The notes under the pieces: model-generated
Told to the model about the DNA's origin: nothing
What the model saw: only the letters and a program-made list of their open reading frames with translations
Databases searched by the model: none
Shown here: piece after piece, positions 49,901-57,029 of the stretch
Position numbering within the stretch: the first letter of the stretch is position 1
How the letters are laid out: each line of letters opens with the position of its first letter
Program-made: the position numbers and the translations under genes
Assembly (NCBI GenBank): GCA_000002435.2
Contig: CM018789.1
Strand: one strand, 5' to 3'
From: Giardia intestinalis
Lineage: Eukaryota
Length of the DNA: 64,000 bases

Positions 49901-52900
49901 ATGCTACCGAAGCTGGCGGGATCGTTGAATAGCTTCGAAATAGGCATACTCTTGTCAGTCAGCAGAGATACTTGAAATGGAGTAAGAATAAATGGTGAGA
50001 CAAGAACCTGATCATACAGTAGTGATCCCTCTGTTGTTATCTCAATCTTCAAGGGGAGGCAGAGCCTAGGAAGCTGCTCTAAGCGAAGGGACGCAGAAGA
50101 TCCATTAACCGTGACGGTTAAACCACAGATGGGTGTAAAAGAAGTGCCGAGGATAAATGAACTATGCTTCGAAACGCTTGACATTCCAAACCCAGAAACC
50201 GCTACACCAATAGTAAGCTCTCCATCTTCCACTGCGCTGGAGGGAAAGGCGTAATCGAGGGAATAAGTCCAAGCAACTGATGTAGCAACCAATCTTCGTA
50301 AGGACAAGTCCAGCGACAAGGTAAGAATAATCTCCGCGGAGTCAATTGAGAATATAGTTAAAACTAGGGAGCTGCTGTAACTATGGGTGTGAGAGCCATG
50401 TAGTATAACATGCAAGGCCTGCAATTTCTTGCTGCCATCAGTACTAGCATTAAGCTTATCACCCAATGTGTACATAGAGGAGTTCTTGGTCCTTCTATAG
50501 CCTAGCATGCTCTCGTGATATAATGCAAAGGATTGTGTGGTCGCCTTAAAGTACTGATCTGGCAAGCAAGAAGCTTCGGTTCGATGCCTTGAAAAGTGGT
50601 ACAAAAGTGATAATATCGATTGTGTGCAACTGTCATGTGGCGCTTTCAAAAGTACTTTTTCTAACCAGTGAATTGTCAATCCATTGGAATGCAGCAAGAG
50701 GACAGGTAAAAATCTTGTAATGCTTTTATTCTCATTCCCATCTAAAGTGGTAAAAAGTAAAGTCAAGAAGTTAGTGTTCCCCACAACAACTGAGCCAAGA
50801 CGCGCTCGATGACGAACCGCCAGCTCAATCGGTACACCTGTCTCCATAAGCTCCCTGTGCTTCTCAAAGACAGTTTTATCAAACGGAGTGTCCCTGGTTT
50901 CCAAGCAGCTAAGGTAGAATAACAAAACTGAAGGGTCTTCCAAGTAGTGGGCACGGATTGGTATCACCAGTTGCTCGCCATATGGGCATGCTAGTATAAC
51001 AAGGGAGTAGTAACGTTCTGGAATCTGCTGCGCATACCCCTTGAGCTTTCCTGACAGGCCAGTTATAAGGTTGCCCAGGCCAGAATCTGTATGAGGTGTG
51101 CCAGGTACACACTCTGCTCGAGAAAGCTTCATCTTAGAACAGAGCACATCGCATATAACAGGAAGATAATTATTTTCAGCAGATGCTAAGAAAACAGTCG
51201 CAAGAGTAAGATTGGCCGCAATGGTACTTTCCCATCGCTCCTCTAATTTGAACTCCACGCACACCAGAGAAAGGAGTTTTTCTTGCAATAAGGGAGTTGT
51301 GGAATAGTAAAAAAGATATGCCAACAGAATAACCTCAAAAAGCTCAAGCGGCTTAGCAATATTACAACCCAACCCAGCCCAAAGTGAACCATCGCCTTGT
51401 GAGGATATCCATCCTTGGGAAATGCAGGCGCAGAGACAGCACATGTTGTAGATAATAGGAAATTCATTTAATTCCTGAATCGGTGCGTAGCCTAACAGAA
51501 CGTCTTTGGAAATAGTTAGTCCGGGTTTTGTAAGGAATTCTGTGCGAGCATACTGTATCAATAAATCCAATCTGATACAACTGGCGGAGCGACCCCTGAA
51601 AAATAATAGCACAGAGGAAGCATAAGCATGGAAGTTACATGTCAATAGCGTATGCAATGCCTCAAGCAGGCCTGACGCCTGGAGTAGCGCTTCAGATGTG
51701 TCATAGTTTTCTTGCAAACGTAAGAGTATATTCAACAAATCCATGTTGGACCAGCGAGGTGTGTCGGAAGCACACCCTGATAAGCTACCCTTGGAAAGTA
51801 GGCCAGCAAAGAAAGCATAGACATCAAAGAATCTATTCAAAGAGTTATCCGTTGATTTGAGCACTCTTGTAGAGTGTTGTACCAAAGAATCCAAAAGGGC
51901 ATAGAACGGCTCAGATGCAGACAGCGAGTCTTGGTCCAATGTTATTAAATATGGGATGATCCATTCTAGTAAATTCGTAATAGTCGAGGAGCCGCTGTCT
52001 AGAAATGGATAAGGCTGTCTGGTGTGCAAATTAATGAGTCTGGTGAGAACTTGCACAAACAGTGTACATGTTGAATTACGAAGCAGAACGGAGTGCTGAA
52101 TGTCATATTTGTCACACGAGGTATTGCCCTCATTCGATTGTGGATAGATATCTAAATCTATTAGGGGAAGAGTAAGCAGATCTGCCACAAAGTTAGTAAT
52201 CCAGTTGGTACCCCGAACACTAATGCACGATGCATTTAGTAGAGCTGCTGTCAAGGAATCACTAGGAGGTTCCTGAAACGCTTTCAGGATAGATTGCTGT
52301 TCCTCTATGGAGATAGGTTGGAAAATAGTAACCAGTAAGAGCAAGCGAAATAATGCTGGGAACATTTGACGATCATATCTAAACGACTTGATCAGGAGTT
52401 CCTTAAGAAGTTGCAACTGCTCTGAATCAAGCACGAAGATGCCTTGTGTGTAATAACAACACAAGAGCGTATTCTCGATGATAACCGAAATATATTTATC
52501 ATAGTGGTCTCCTGTATCGAGCAACTTTCGACCAGCCTCGCGAAGTAGAGTCTTTGATAGTTGAATTATGCTCTCGATATCTTTTGATGACATCCTGCTG
52601 TCTATAATGTGGTAGAGAAGCAGGGTGGATGAGTCCTTTGGCCGTGCAAGAGAGCACCTACTACATCCGTTGCTATTAGTGTCTATGGCTGGCTGAGTTT
52701 CTGTGTCATCCAGGGCGGAGAACACATCTTTAGGTGAGAAGAGTAAGAGTGGAGAGAGACCATCAGGGGCGGACATTTGAAGTACACATGAATCTTCACA
52801 TCCAACAAGGCTAGCTAGATCTTTAATATAAATAAGTTCGAGAGCAGAGAGGGAGTCCATCCAGGAAATAATGGATGGCATTGTCGCCGTCGTATACTGA

Positions 52901-53613
52901 GCCATTGAGATGCCATCAGACAAAAGCTGCTCTACTCTCAACGAATTAATGCAGAGGATGGCTGGATCCCTTTGTGCAAGAACCCGCAATCGATATAATA
53001 CTCCAATATCCTGGTGACCATGGTACCTCATCTGCAACGCCCTGAAAAACTCACTCATGGTCGATGCCAAAAACTGGGCATAGAGGTTCAGTAAAGAGTC
53101 AGGGCCTCCACTAGATGAGCTGCTCTTGTTACTTATCAATAGATCTAGGTCGTCTCCGAGATAGTTGGAAGCAATGCTATTGAGTCTATCGAAAAAGCCT
53201 TGTGATAGTGGGGCATGTAGCTCTTTGAAAAGAACAGAATAGATTGCTATAAGAGCATCTTGTGTAGAGGAAATTGTAGTAGCTACCGTGAGAGAGTCAA
53301 GAAGGAAGGACGAAAGAGATAGCCCGTGTACGAAGTACGACGCAAAGAGGGGGGATTTGGAGCATAGGCCCATGTGTACATATTGTAAAGCCTTCTGGGG
53401 GTCTGCTTTTGGGTGCAGTAGGGTAGAGCCTAACAGGTATCCCATAGCAGCAGCATACTTCTGGTCCACGAGTTTGTCGAGAATAACATTGCATCGTAGG
53501 CCATAGAGCTCACTCAACACGTTGTCGACACCATGCAGTTGGCTCTTAGCTAACTGTGTCGAGTAGTTTTTAAGTGCCGAAATAAATCCTGCTGCTTGGC
53601 TCCTGCCCCACAT
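40990..53613 (-). CDS. Giant BEACH-domain protein (4207 aa) with C-terminal WD40 repeats and a terminal FYVE-like Cys/His zinc finger (WDFY3/ALFY or LYST/Lvs-like architecture)
   Basis: ATG at 53611-53613 (MWGRSQAAGF). The BEACH core is clear: YPVFPWLADDRNL...FLAGSHYSTSGFVAGMLLRSQPF...LHDGKYDNPDRIFSNVSDLWSS...ECRELIPELFYAPNMFLNESAHDFGIRSTGEAVHDLV...LINRERL. WD-like blades follow. The final 70 aa contain RCARCGGKRPEHYCHACTGHFCPLC...CQICANC, resembling a degenerate FYVE (RRHHCR.CG..fC). There are no frame interruptions over 12.6 kb. Confidence 0.85.
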   Translation of the reverse strand: MWGRSQAAGFISALKNYSTQLAKSQLHGVDNVLSELYGLRCNVILDKLVDQKYAAAMGYLLGSTLLHPKADPQKALQYVHMGLCSKSPLFASYFVHGLSLSSFLLDSLTVATTISSTQDALIAIYSVLFKELHAPLSQGFFDRLNSIASNYLGDDLDLLISNKSSSSSGGPDSLLNLYAQFLASTMSEFFRALQMRYHGHQDIGVLYRLRVLAQRDPAILCINSLRVEQLLSDGISMAQYTTATMPSIISWMDSLSALELIYIKDLASLVGCEDSCVLQMSAPDGLSPLLLFSPKDVFSALDDTETQPAIDTNSNGCSRCSLARPKDSSTLLLYHIIDSRMSSKDIESIIQLSKTLLREAGRKLLDTGDHYDKYISVIIENTLLCCYYTQGIFVLDSEQLQLLKELLIKSFRYDRQMFPALFRLLLLVTIFQPISIEEQQSILKAFQEPPSDSLTAALLNASCISVRGTNWITNFVADLLTLPLIDLDIYPQSNEGNTSCDKYDIQHSVLLRNSTCTLFVQVLTRLINLHTRQPYPFLDSGSSTITNLLEWIIPYLITLDQDSLSASEPFYALLDSLVQHSTRVLKSTDNSLNRFFDVYAFFAGLLSKGSLSGCASDTPRWSNMDLLNILLRLQENYDTSEALLQASGLLEALHTLLTCNFHAYASSVLLFFRGRSASCIRLDLLIQYARTEFLTKPGLTISKDVLLGYAPIQELNEFPIIYNMCCLCACISQGWISSQGDGSLWAGLGCNIAKPLELFEVILLAYLFYYSTTPLLQEKLLSLVCVEFKLEERWESTIAANLTLATVFLASAENNYLPVICDVLCSKMKLSRAECVPGTPHTDSGLGNLITGLSGKLKGYAQQIPERYYSLVILACPYGEQLVIPIRAHYLEDPSVLLFYLSCLETRDTPFDKTVFEKHRELMETGVPIELAVRHRARLGSVVVGNTNFLTLLFTTLDGNENKSITRFLPVLLLHSNGLTIHWLEKVLLKAPHDSCTQSILSLLYHFSRHRTEASCLPDQYFKATTQSFALYHESMLGYRRTKNSSMYTLGDKLNASTDGSKKLQALHVILHGSHTHSYSSSLVLTIFSIDSAEIILTLSLDLSLRRLVATSVAWTYSLDYAFPSSAVEDGELTIGVAVSGFGMSSVSKHSSFILGTSFTPICGLTVTVNGSSASLRLEQLPRLCLPLKIEITTEGSLLYDQVLVSPFILTPFQVSLLTDKSMPISKLFNDPASFGSILGLAHDLRSQSRMPCGLSFYDPLDTPHTSLLGQTHPLSAIKIISSTPGKTEPLIVEDCLCAFPQYLEQHEVSVEHLSSRYLDAFATDFESLYLHIYSDCKNFTEGCHSLQRRGFFCPQCNMVSTSDYLLFDLLCADLQASVNRTGELVAHPKEYTVSCPYCAQPSEPPSRRLLQGDKSSALSTLYDIRTHSSQQSLMFNTTSLQPDSLVFSFLKTAEPNSVELNENMQPVVNHLASVVPLTSLIIYNEFLKAITSVDGTLLLDDLLFRLGYLEPVTSVPFYSGISLLMLLIQTLTKVPIVSSLELSSFISSQISEKTTPDPVPWSGECVSAFLTRYQRAFFKLFHQQGSSGDFFSEAKRTGVLGTVHHFISFHEQLSLFDQNFIPSLFTTSALFGMSRQSLVLMLGELHTYMGILARITGGDPNLLLRKYLDMGSKVSIILSSITLLKRFIVKVPRIGELERIDKWYIGKGLLVFDSSVNLLQHTQTSSCFIHSQTDDNTKLFLSVTAKPLSGAVVSANPPLERFLFPLAYSRSLPVNIDCNLLLPACRALIIASQGSLSSAASDALFALFAYSQRCGALLNAISFTLETITESGISSIPTELADYLVEELLVADSVSSFMCLWPATIALSSDSVPLMLYLLRGLLLQSSKNIKLFAQLLTPDFWLQYIHGMMDAFLIYAGSILVTSANPLQSLLEISQKFTYIATESFGIMYTLIAAEDVAHSAVGLAFIKTLSRATVFITASLHTHSLSVAGTISDHANCIQQHSSTSPYVSLAKHAILHGMTGYVTLIINRLANIRSNSSSGTPSSVHVDMLTVLNSDVIFDQLQISYTSLQASFALYPHIAQDVNESSEVPDGSDHCLVIEQLTSLSLKAIIQQLYSACYVIRYTDEHKSLPQLYLICGAYRTVIELCFDALRQTQVLSPLIDAFLATAFSLLASFLSVSTAAVTEHLDPLTWFRLSTSTYALNGSICNMEYFMPFISGLRIFYCLQLKTPQTFNHTLRYLLSMFEAVMVNNTPGELFKHYLSDLSMTLNAAQFFFTAPLGTGDIVGPEDRRTLSGPRSLLEPANPNEFIIYHNVQNFDCTLQVFYRVIAPRELQKAFPIELEHIQKCASSSDPLEAIYGYSSHLLLLVSLVYAAASVHTASDDIVEVATSSALGDSVELADTSPLSSKALVAQEMITRFLFKNLRLCAIDKACASLSSLLALLLSESLAVSLSGYVATTEVSSLQKCLDLLKFICESLAGASYTHHTPLHLSPLTQTVIVSSKNSVPKERRIVKLHKELVENTQTDLLSIGPFVDLVFSSVLRLLARYLDLGEYSLTVLQDTLQYMQAMYLLFVRTLTSQVKTLNSPDLFIEYVTCVFEYYSLAMEHRTLEPSANDLCSKYEELIMQILALEILPLSFHNSLGNVATHGYPFTLIKQILQNDLTVTKLCNIYLGKAESPKLKLQLYKHYNKMLEFVTSKSVVSESDDDAIAVSSDVAGKPGRTPIKFSELLQGFNFTKFKIVQGVINAILLSILHTSNVELAHAISKVVRTMIPFSSVIFFYFVASTFKLGNITCIIDLIQTIYGEDLSVEGKVKVQGTTTSLLDFVRQYTDPNRANPSTLQSSRFKTLVIVESYLFGRHCFRLTAMGLSGSIHLVAKSSSSFANAPVKAIRRVVTPAPYIHLSPIRSGSVYYLLSTIAAVSRYYHLGGPLACVAGYHRTSHEFSLRTKNLIGATCAFTPEYKASQVLESLLIQLERKVHDILQANSVISLADILPATELVQFIAYASYETELVSPNEGILILTDLAIYFIPGWRLVSEEIIYGLREHAFSISPQEISAEKEEELPTAVHQPSIVKKIVSSMQEMLQTLLISTRLPEQKLELVSEQHGPQREILKDLKHFLTSLVKRCNYPPGRPVSEYSIAPVMNLSDSHTEQSALEKRCLTDVRLLLEQTAKLSTGSAQLLPFMTTIKLSDISSVLWKESAHRCTQIEVLLQQGEVYTYEILDSISSRRLRLNHYVNDHAFMLRVQQECSRSVLTKTPVSDRFTSCQLMLQNNSLLSAIALIFSLMKTSLQGSWDCDLGTARFEIVLPNVASLKKYISKWRMHLDSCCSQIPQINYADTPSEASLYEHPYELPFPQQISAITAQYSDIFKTVLQALNKQLATLLEEALILITKAQQHFGEIIDSTALYTSLLSSYHAAERPSLGLGPSINRISESMPWSKLPSTLSIPILLFSGKLSHIEAVIALNMVAGRCSSDTSMYPVFPWLADDRNLAKTVMEQTESKRAKYMDRYNSLTTAPFLAGSHYSTSGFVAGMLLRSQPFSAAALLLHDGKYDNPDRIFSNVSDLWSSVKDTNLSECRELIPELFYAPNMFLNESAHDFGIRSTGEAVHDLVCDSMNATGCTACKDILDTYLHTVLYTLINRERLAQYTTFPSLYQWCRLLFGDKQNSLAHFNIYYWLTYPDSVALDCISNFSTRISTYSQLKNFGVCSRDVICMSVEERPVLQCIYQSVLGSRGKNETKIRIYDYLLHIDDLLKVLYPTEVSLVRTSEGEHISTATADIFSPQQAIPWFYNLLLTKQPRVSHTQLQNMIMLANIYSLAPDSLLILMRDMRTIAVINQAHHTCHTLNLPFLLYGRGHMNIYIRQCFVQYSCIIITLTDATTHLVLFAPDALKAGLLSVTGHVRLLATPPFSAVTVSHPHRLILVSVGQRHILYNLITGAAIVELHAIEPMRPVEHPSSVVQTQIADIAGRIWVLQEGILSCWSTSLALLYALLPSYETTAFLAIADNLLLTGDKKGVLRVYVLLPSLLTETVRIKIKTKVTTDSEPTRINLLCTAPAHRPSHPLAIKHVEYFKDRTVTVLVPKLCAEIVTSSRSPIWKIATDCSHMSLSINDRVVASLSTMIMRLPRYIDCAPALPSNRCARCGGKRPEHYCHACTGHFCPLCMSTDAYFFPYQDISSIAPCQICANCASHRENAKEVVTEA

Positions 53614-53748
53614 CTAGTTTTATTAATAGCTTAAGTTGCTGTACATTTACCTTCACGAGGTTGGCCATCTACAATTCGAATGAGGCTATTCTCTCGGCCA
53701 TTCTCATAAAACCGAAGCACCTCCGCGTCTTCCAAAATTCTAAAACAG

Positions 53749-54324
53749 ATGAATGCGGCCGTTGCTGACGTCGTCAGATTTTTTATGCTACAATCTACGT
53801 CTCTTTCGCACGAGCTCCAAGAGGTTTTCGCCGAACAGGTTTCAGATGTTGAGTTCTCTGGGAATACTGTCATGACAGCGGAAGAAATCAAGTCTCTACT
53901 CCATAGGGCCGAGCTTAGAGCATTGGCAGCGGTCTCTACCGAGTTAAGGCACATAGCAACTCTTGCAGGCTCGCTGGCTTCCCAATTAGTTGAGCAAGCA
54001 AGCGCTCACGGGATTGCAATAGAACCAAAAGTTACCGAGTTAGAGGAGGAAACACGCATGCAATTGGTCTCTCAATTACATAGCCAGGATGCCGGGCTCA
54101 AACCGGTGCAGGGAAAGCTAGAGCTTAAGCAAATGCAAGACCCTCAGTCAGCGAAGCAGATAGCAGATTTACAGGCCCAGATATCTACTCTCGAAAAGGA
54201 GCTCACGGATAAAATACAGAATACATCACAGTACAAAACCCTACAGAAGATGCTTCAGACAAAAACAGCTGAAATTGAGGAGCTCGAATTGCGGGTGAAG
54301 GAGCTGATGGAGGCAAAGAAATAA
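53749..54324 (+). CDS. Small coiled-coil protein of 191 aa
   Basis: ATG at 53749 is preceded by ccaaaattctaaaacagATG. The C-terminal 80 aa are strongly heptad/charged (LKQMQDPQSAKQIADLQAQISTLEKELTDKIQNTSQYKTLQKMLQTKTAEIEELELRVKELMEAKK). Confidence 0.5.
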   Translation: MNAAVADVVRFFMLQSTSLSHELQEVFAEQVSDVEFSGNTVMTAEEIKSLLHRAELRALAAVSTELRHIATLAGSLASQLVEQASAHGIAIEPKVTELEEETRMQLVSQLHSQDAGLKPVQGKLELKQMQDPQSAKQIADLQAQISTLEKELTDKIQNTSQYKTLQKMLQTKTAEIEELELRVKELMEAKK

Positions 54325-54391
54325 CCCATCCTCTCCATTCCTCGTTGCAAGGCATAAGACACACAATACAAAATATATTTCAGTAAGTCAA

Positions 54392-56065
54392 TCAACCATC
54401 ATATCTGTTATTTTTAGAAGATTCGTCAAGCTTTTTAGCGATCTGGTCGATCAAGCTACTTACATTGTCAAACGGGACTATTTTTTCAGACACGCTATAG
54501 TACGATCGTTCGGAGTACTTCTTGTAAATCTGAGTAGTATGCAATCCTTTGTATGAATCCTTCCAGGCATTTAGGAGGTCATCCCTGCATGCCAGCTGCC
54601 GCGAAGCAGACCTTGATGAGCGTGAGGTACTCATGGGCCCAGTAGTGTATTGTGAAGAGCTTGTTAGGCTGAAGAACATCCGGCCCAGTGCATTGGAAAG
54701 ATCCTGGTTGGGCCGTAAGAACCTACTGACCTGCAGGGGATTCGAGTACTCGCTGAGAACGGCCAGCTCAACGCTTGCCATTGCTATTTCAAAATTGCGG
54801 TAGCGCAGGAATCGCGGATCCAAGAGCGTGAGCTCAGAAAGATAACTAGCTAGAAGACAAACGACAGGGGTGAGACCAAGGTCTCTGAAGATGGGCCGTA
54901 AGTATGCACGCGGATTCAGTGAGCTAACACCTATTTTCCAATCTATGAGTTCTAAAAAGCGCAGTTCTGCTGCACGCAGCTCCGCTATAGTGAACGTATT
55001 TGCAAAATACGCACAAATAGCCGTGCTGCCAAGAGCCTCGCCATAGTTCTCTTCAAATTTAGTTGCTATAAATATACACACGCCAGATAGCAGGCGTATC
55101 TCTGTTTTCTTGATCTGACATATAGATAGGAAGCGGTGAAATAGAGAGCAGGCAAGGTACTGTGTTTCGAGAGAGTATGTTTCTTTGGATATTATCTGAC
55201 ATATGTAATCTATTCCCTTCATTACGTCCTTCAAACGTACAAGGTCTGTTTCATTATTGTAGCTTTGAAAAGACTGAACTGCGTTGCCAGACGCAGTGGA
55301 ACCTCTGGAAGATGCTCTAGAACTTGTGCGCATAGATGCCGACTGCGCTTGGAGGATATTAAGACCGACGGGATAAGAGGTACCGAATCGCCGGCTCCCC
55401 ATCGACGACCCCAGGCTAGAGCCGTTTAAACTAATTCCCGAGACCATAGAGTTCCGCAGAGAGCCACCTGCATTCGTGTGTTGAGCCTGAACAACCGTAA
55501 GATAGTCAGGCCGGCCCATATCCCCTCTTGCGTGGTACATATCGTCCTGATCGGCCATATCTGTCACAATGTTTTCCCCATAATCCACCATCATCTTCAG
55601 AGAGGAGGACGACGTGTCTAGGACATTGGTGACAATGGAGGACTTGAGTAACGAATCCCCCATGTTGATGAGGCCGTCTGTACCCCCCTTTCCCCTAACG
55701 TTACCAACCCGAGGCCAGTAATGAGGAAGCACGCCTTTCTTTCCATACTGCACAGTTCCTACGGGCGTTTTATAGATGGTGCTATTCACCGGAGCGGTGT
55801 ACCCTAGTCTATCATTGATTTGGTTGATGAAAGCGCCTGCCACCCCAGTAAACGCCAAAGGCCTGTTGTCGTTATTCTCTGCATGCGAGATTGCCAATGA
55901 TGAGATGGTCATGTCCGTTTCGGTGGTGTAGGGCGTTTTGCAGCGAGTCTGGTTACTCCGCGCTCGCTCATACTTTCGGTCTCTTCTGGTATTGTTCATA
56001 CTGCCGTATGCACTTCTTTCAACCTCGCTTGTCTTTTCTGCCTCATCGGAGTCTAGTTTTTGCAT
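54392..56065 (-). CDS. Cyclin (A/B-type cyclin-box fold) with a roughly 250-aa Ser/Thr/Gly-rich N-terminal extension
   Basis: ATG at 56063-56065. The cyclin box reads DYICQIISKETYSLETQYLACSLFHRFLS...IRLLSGVCIFIATKFEENYGEALGSTAICAYFANTFTIAELRAAELRFLELIDWKIGVSSLNPRAYL, matching LAVN..DRFLS...LQLVGVT.MlIAsKyEEiy.p......yit...yt..ei..mE..iL..L.f.l..PTp..FL. A second cyclin-fold-like helical region follows. Confidence 0.7.
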   Translation of the reverse strand: MQKLDSDEAEKTSEVERSAYGSMNNTRRDRKYERARSNQTRCKTPYTTETDMTISSLAISHAENNDNRPLAFTGVAGAFINQINDRLGYTAPVNSTIYKTPVGTVQYGKKGVLPHYWPRVGNVRGKGGTDGLINMGDSLLKSSIVTNVLDTSSSSLKMMVDYGENIVTDMADQDDMYHARGDMGRPDYLTVVQAQHTNAGGSLRNSMVSGISLNGSSLGSSMGSRRFGTSYPVGLNILQAQSASMRTSSRASSRGSTASGNAVQSFQSYNNETDLVRLKDVMKGIDYICQIISKETYSLETQYLACSLFHRFLSICQIKKTEIRLLSGVCIFIATKFEENYGEALGSTAICAYFANTFTIAELRAAELRFLELIDWKIGVSSLNPRAYLRPIFRDLGLTPVVCLLASYLSELTLLDPRFLRYRNFEIAMASVELAVLSEYSNPLQVSRFLRPNQDLSNALGRMFFSLTSSSQYTTGPMSTSRSSRSASRQLACRDDLLNAWKDSYKGLHTTQIYKKYSERSYYSVSEKIVPFDNVSSLIDQIAKKLDESSKNNRYDG

Positions 56066-57029
56066 AGTGTCGCCAGGTTTTTGTTTCTGAATTCAACCCG
56101 ACTCTAGAAGAGTCCGGGTTCCAATCCTGGCAAAGTAACGTAAGGGTAGTAAGCATTTACATCAGACAACCAGCTGGAGTACTTTGACTCCCAAGATTTC
56201 TTGAATTTTCTCTCGTCCGTCATGGCATTGTTAATTTTACCAAATCCTCTAGGCTTCAGTCCCAAACAAACACATCTCCATGTCTTGCTTCCATGTGCTG
56301 ACCGCTTTCTCAAGAAGAAACCCCTGCAGCAGATCAGCTGGCTAGGAGTTCGGGATACATATTCCTAAAATCCCGCTAGCGCAGCCAAGGTCGAGCGAGT
56401 GGTTTTCAAGGCCTAAAGTGTCTCGTAGGGAAGGATGAAGATGCGGATGACTCACAGCTATATTCGTACTCGGTAATGCATACATGAAAGCCCCAAAGTG
56501 ATTTCCAACAACCATAACCACAACACAACCTGGCCATTTCCCCCACGTCGCTGAGCACTCATCTAACCACAGAAAGAACCAAATCTTCGTCAAGGCAACA
56601 AGTACTAACATTGAGTAAAGGAGTCAGATCTCATAAGTAAGCTCATAGTCGTGCTTGCTCGGAGACAGATAATCATTCTGCGAGGAACCAAGGAGTAGTC
56701 TGAATCGGGTTAGGCGTCCTACCGTCAGCCTGGGCGCATCGAACTGAATAACCCGCGTCGCAGCCTCTTTCAGCGAGCACTCTCAGTCGGGCAAGGCCCT
56801 CCTCCTGGCATAAGCACAGAGGCTCTTGGTTTCTGGTGCGACTGCTGCACGCGTTGGCGCGCCTCCCTCACGGAAAATGACCTCAGACCTTCCCCCGACC
56901 GCGGTCGGTGGCGCCCCTCCTAATTCCTGTCTTTCCAGGCTATCTTTTCGGTGATGTGAATTTAAACTGGTTGCATTTGGACAATTTAAGTACAATGGCT
57001 AAGAAGGCGGTTTGCAGGCATTCCTCCCA
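56066..57029. other. Unusually long (964 bp) non-coding spacer between the cyclin and LRR genes; only short, non-protein-like ORFs on either strand
   Basis: Seen directly in the sequence: there is no ORF above 90 aa, the composition is about 50% GC, and a tRNA T-arm-like motif (CCGGG-TTCCAAT-CCTGG at 56114-56130) occurs without a matching acceptor stem. Confidence 0.4.

Noticed and set aside
56114-56137. Possible tRNA gene
   Set aside because: A good T-arm (CCGGG-TTCCAAT-CCTGG) is present, but no complementary 5-prime acceptor strand (TACTTTG) or foldable anticodon or D arms lie upstream. It was not called as a tRNA.
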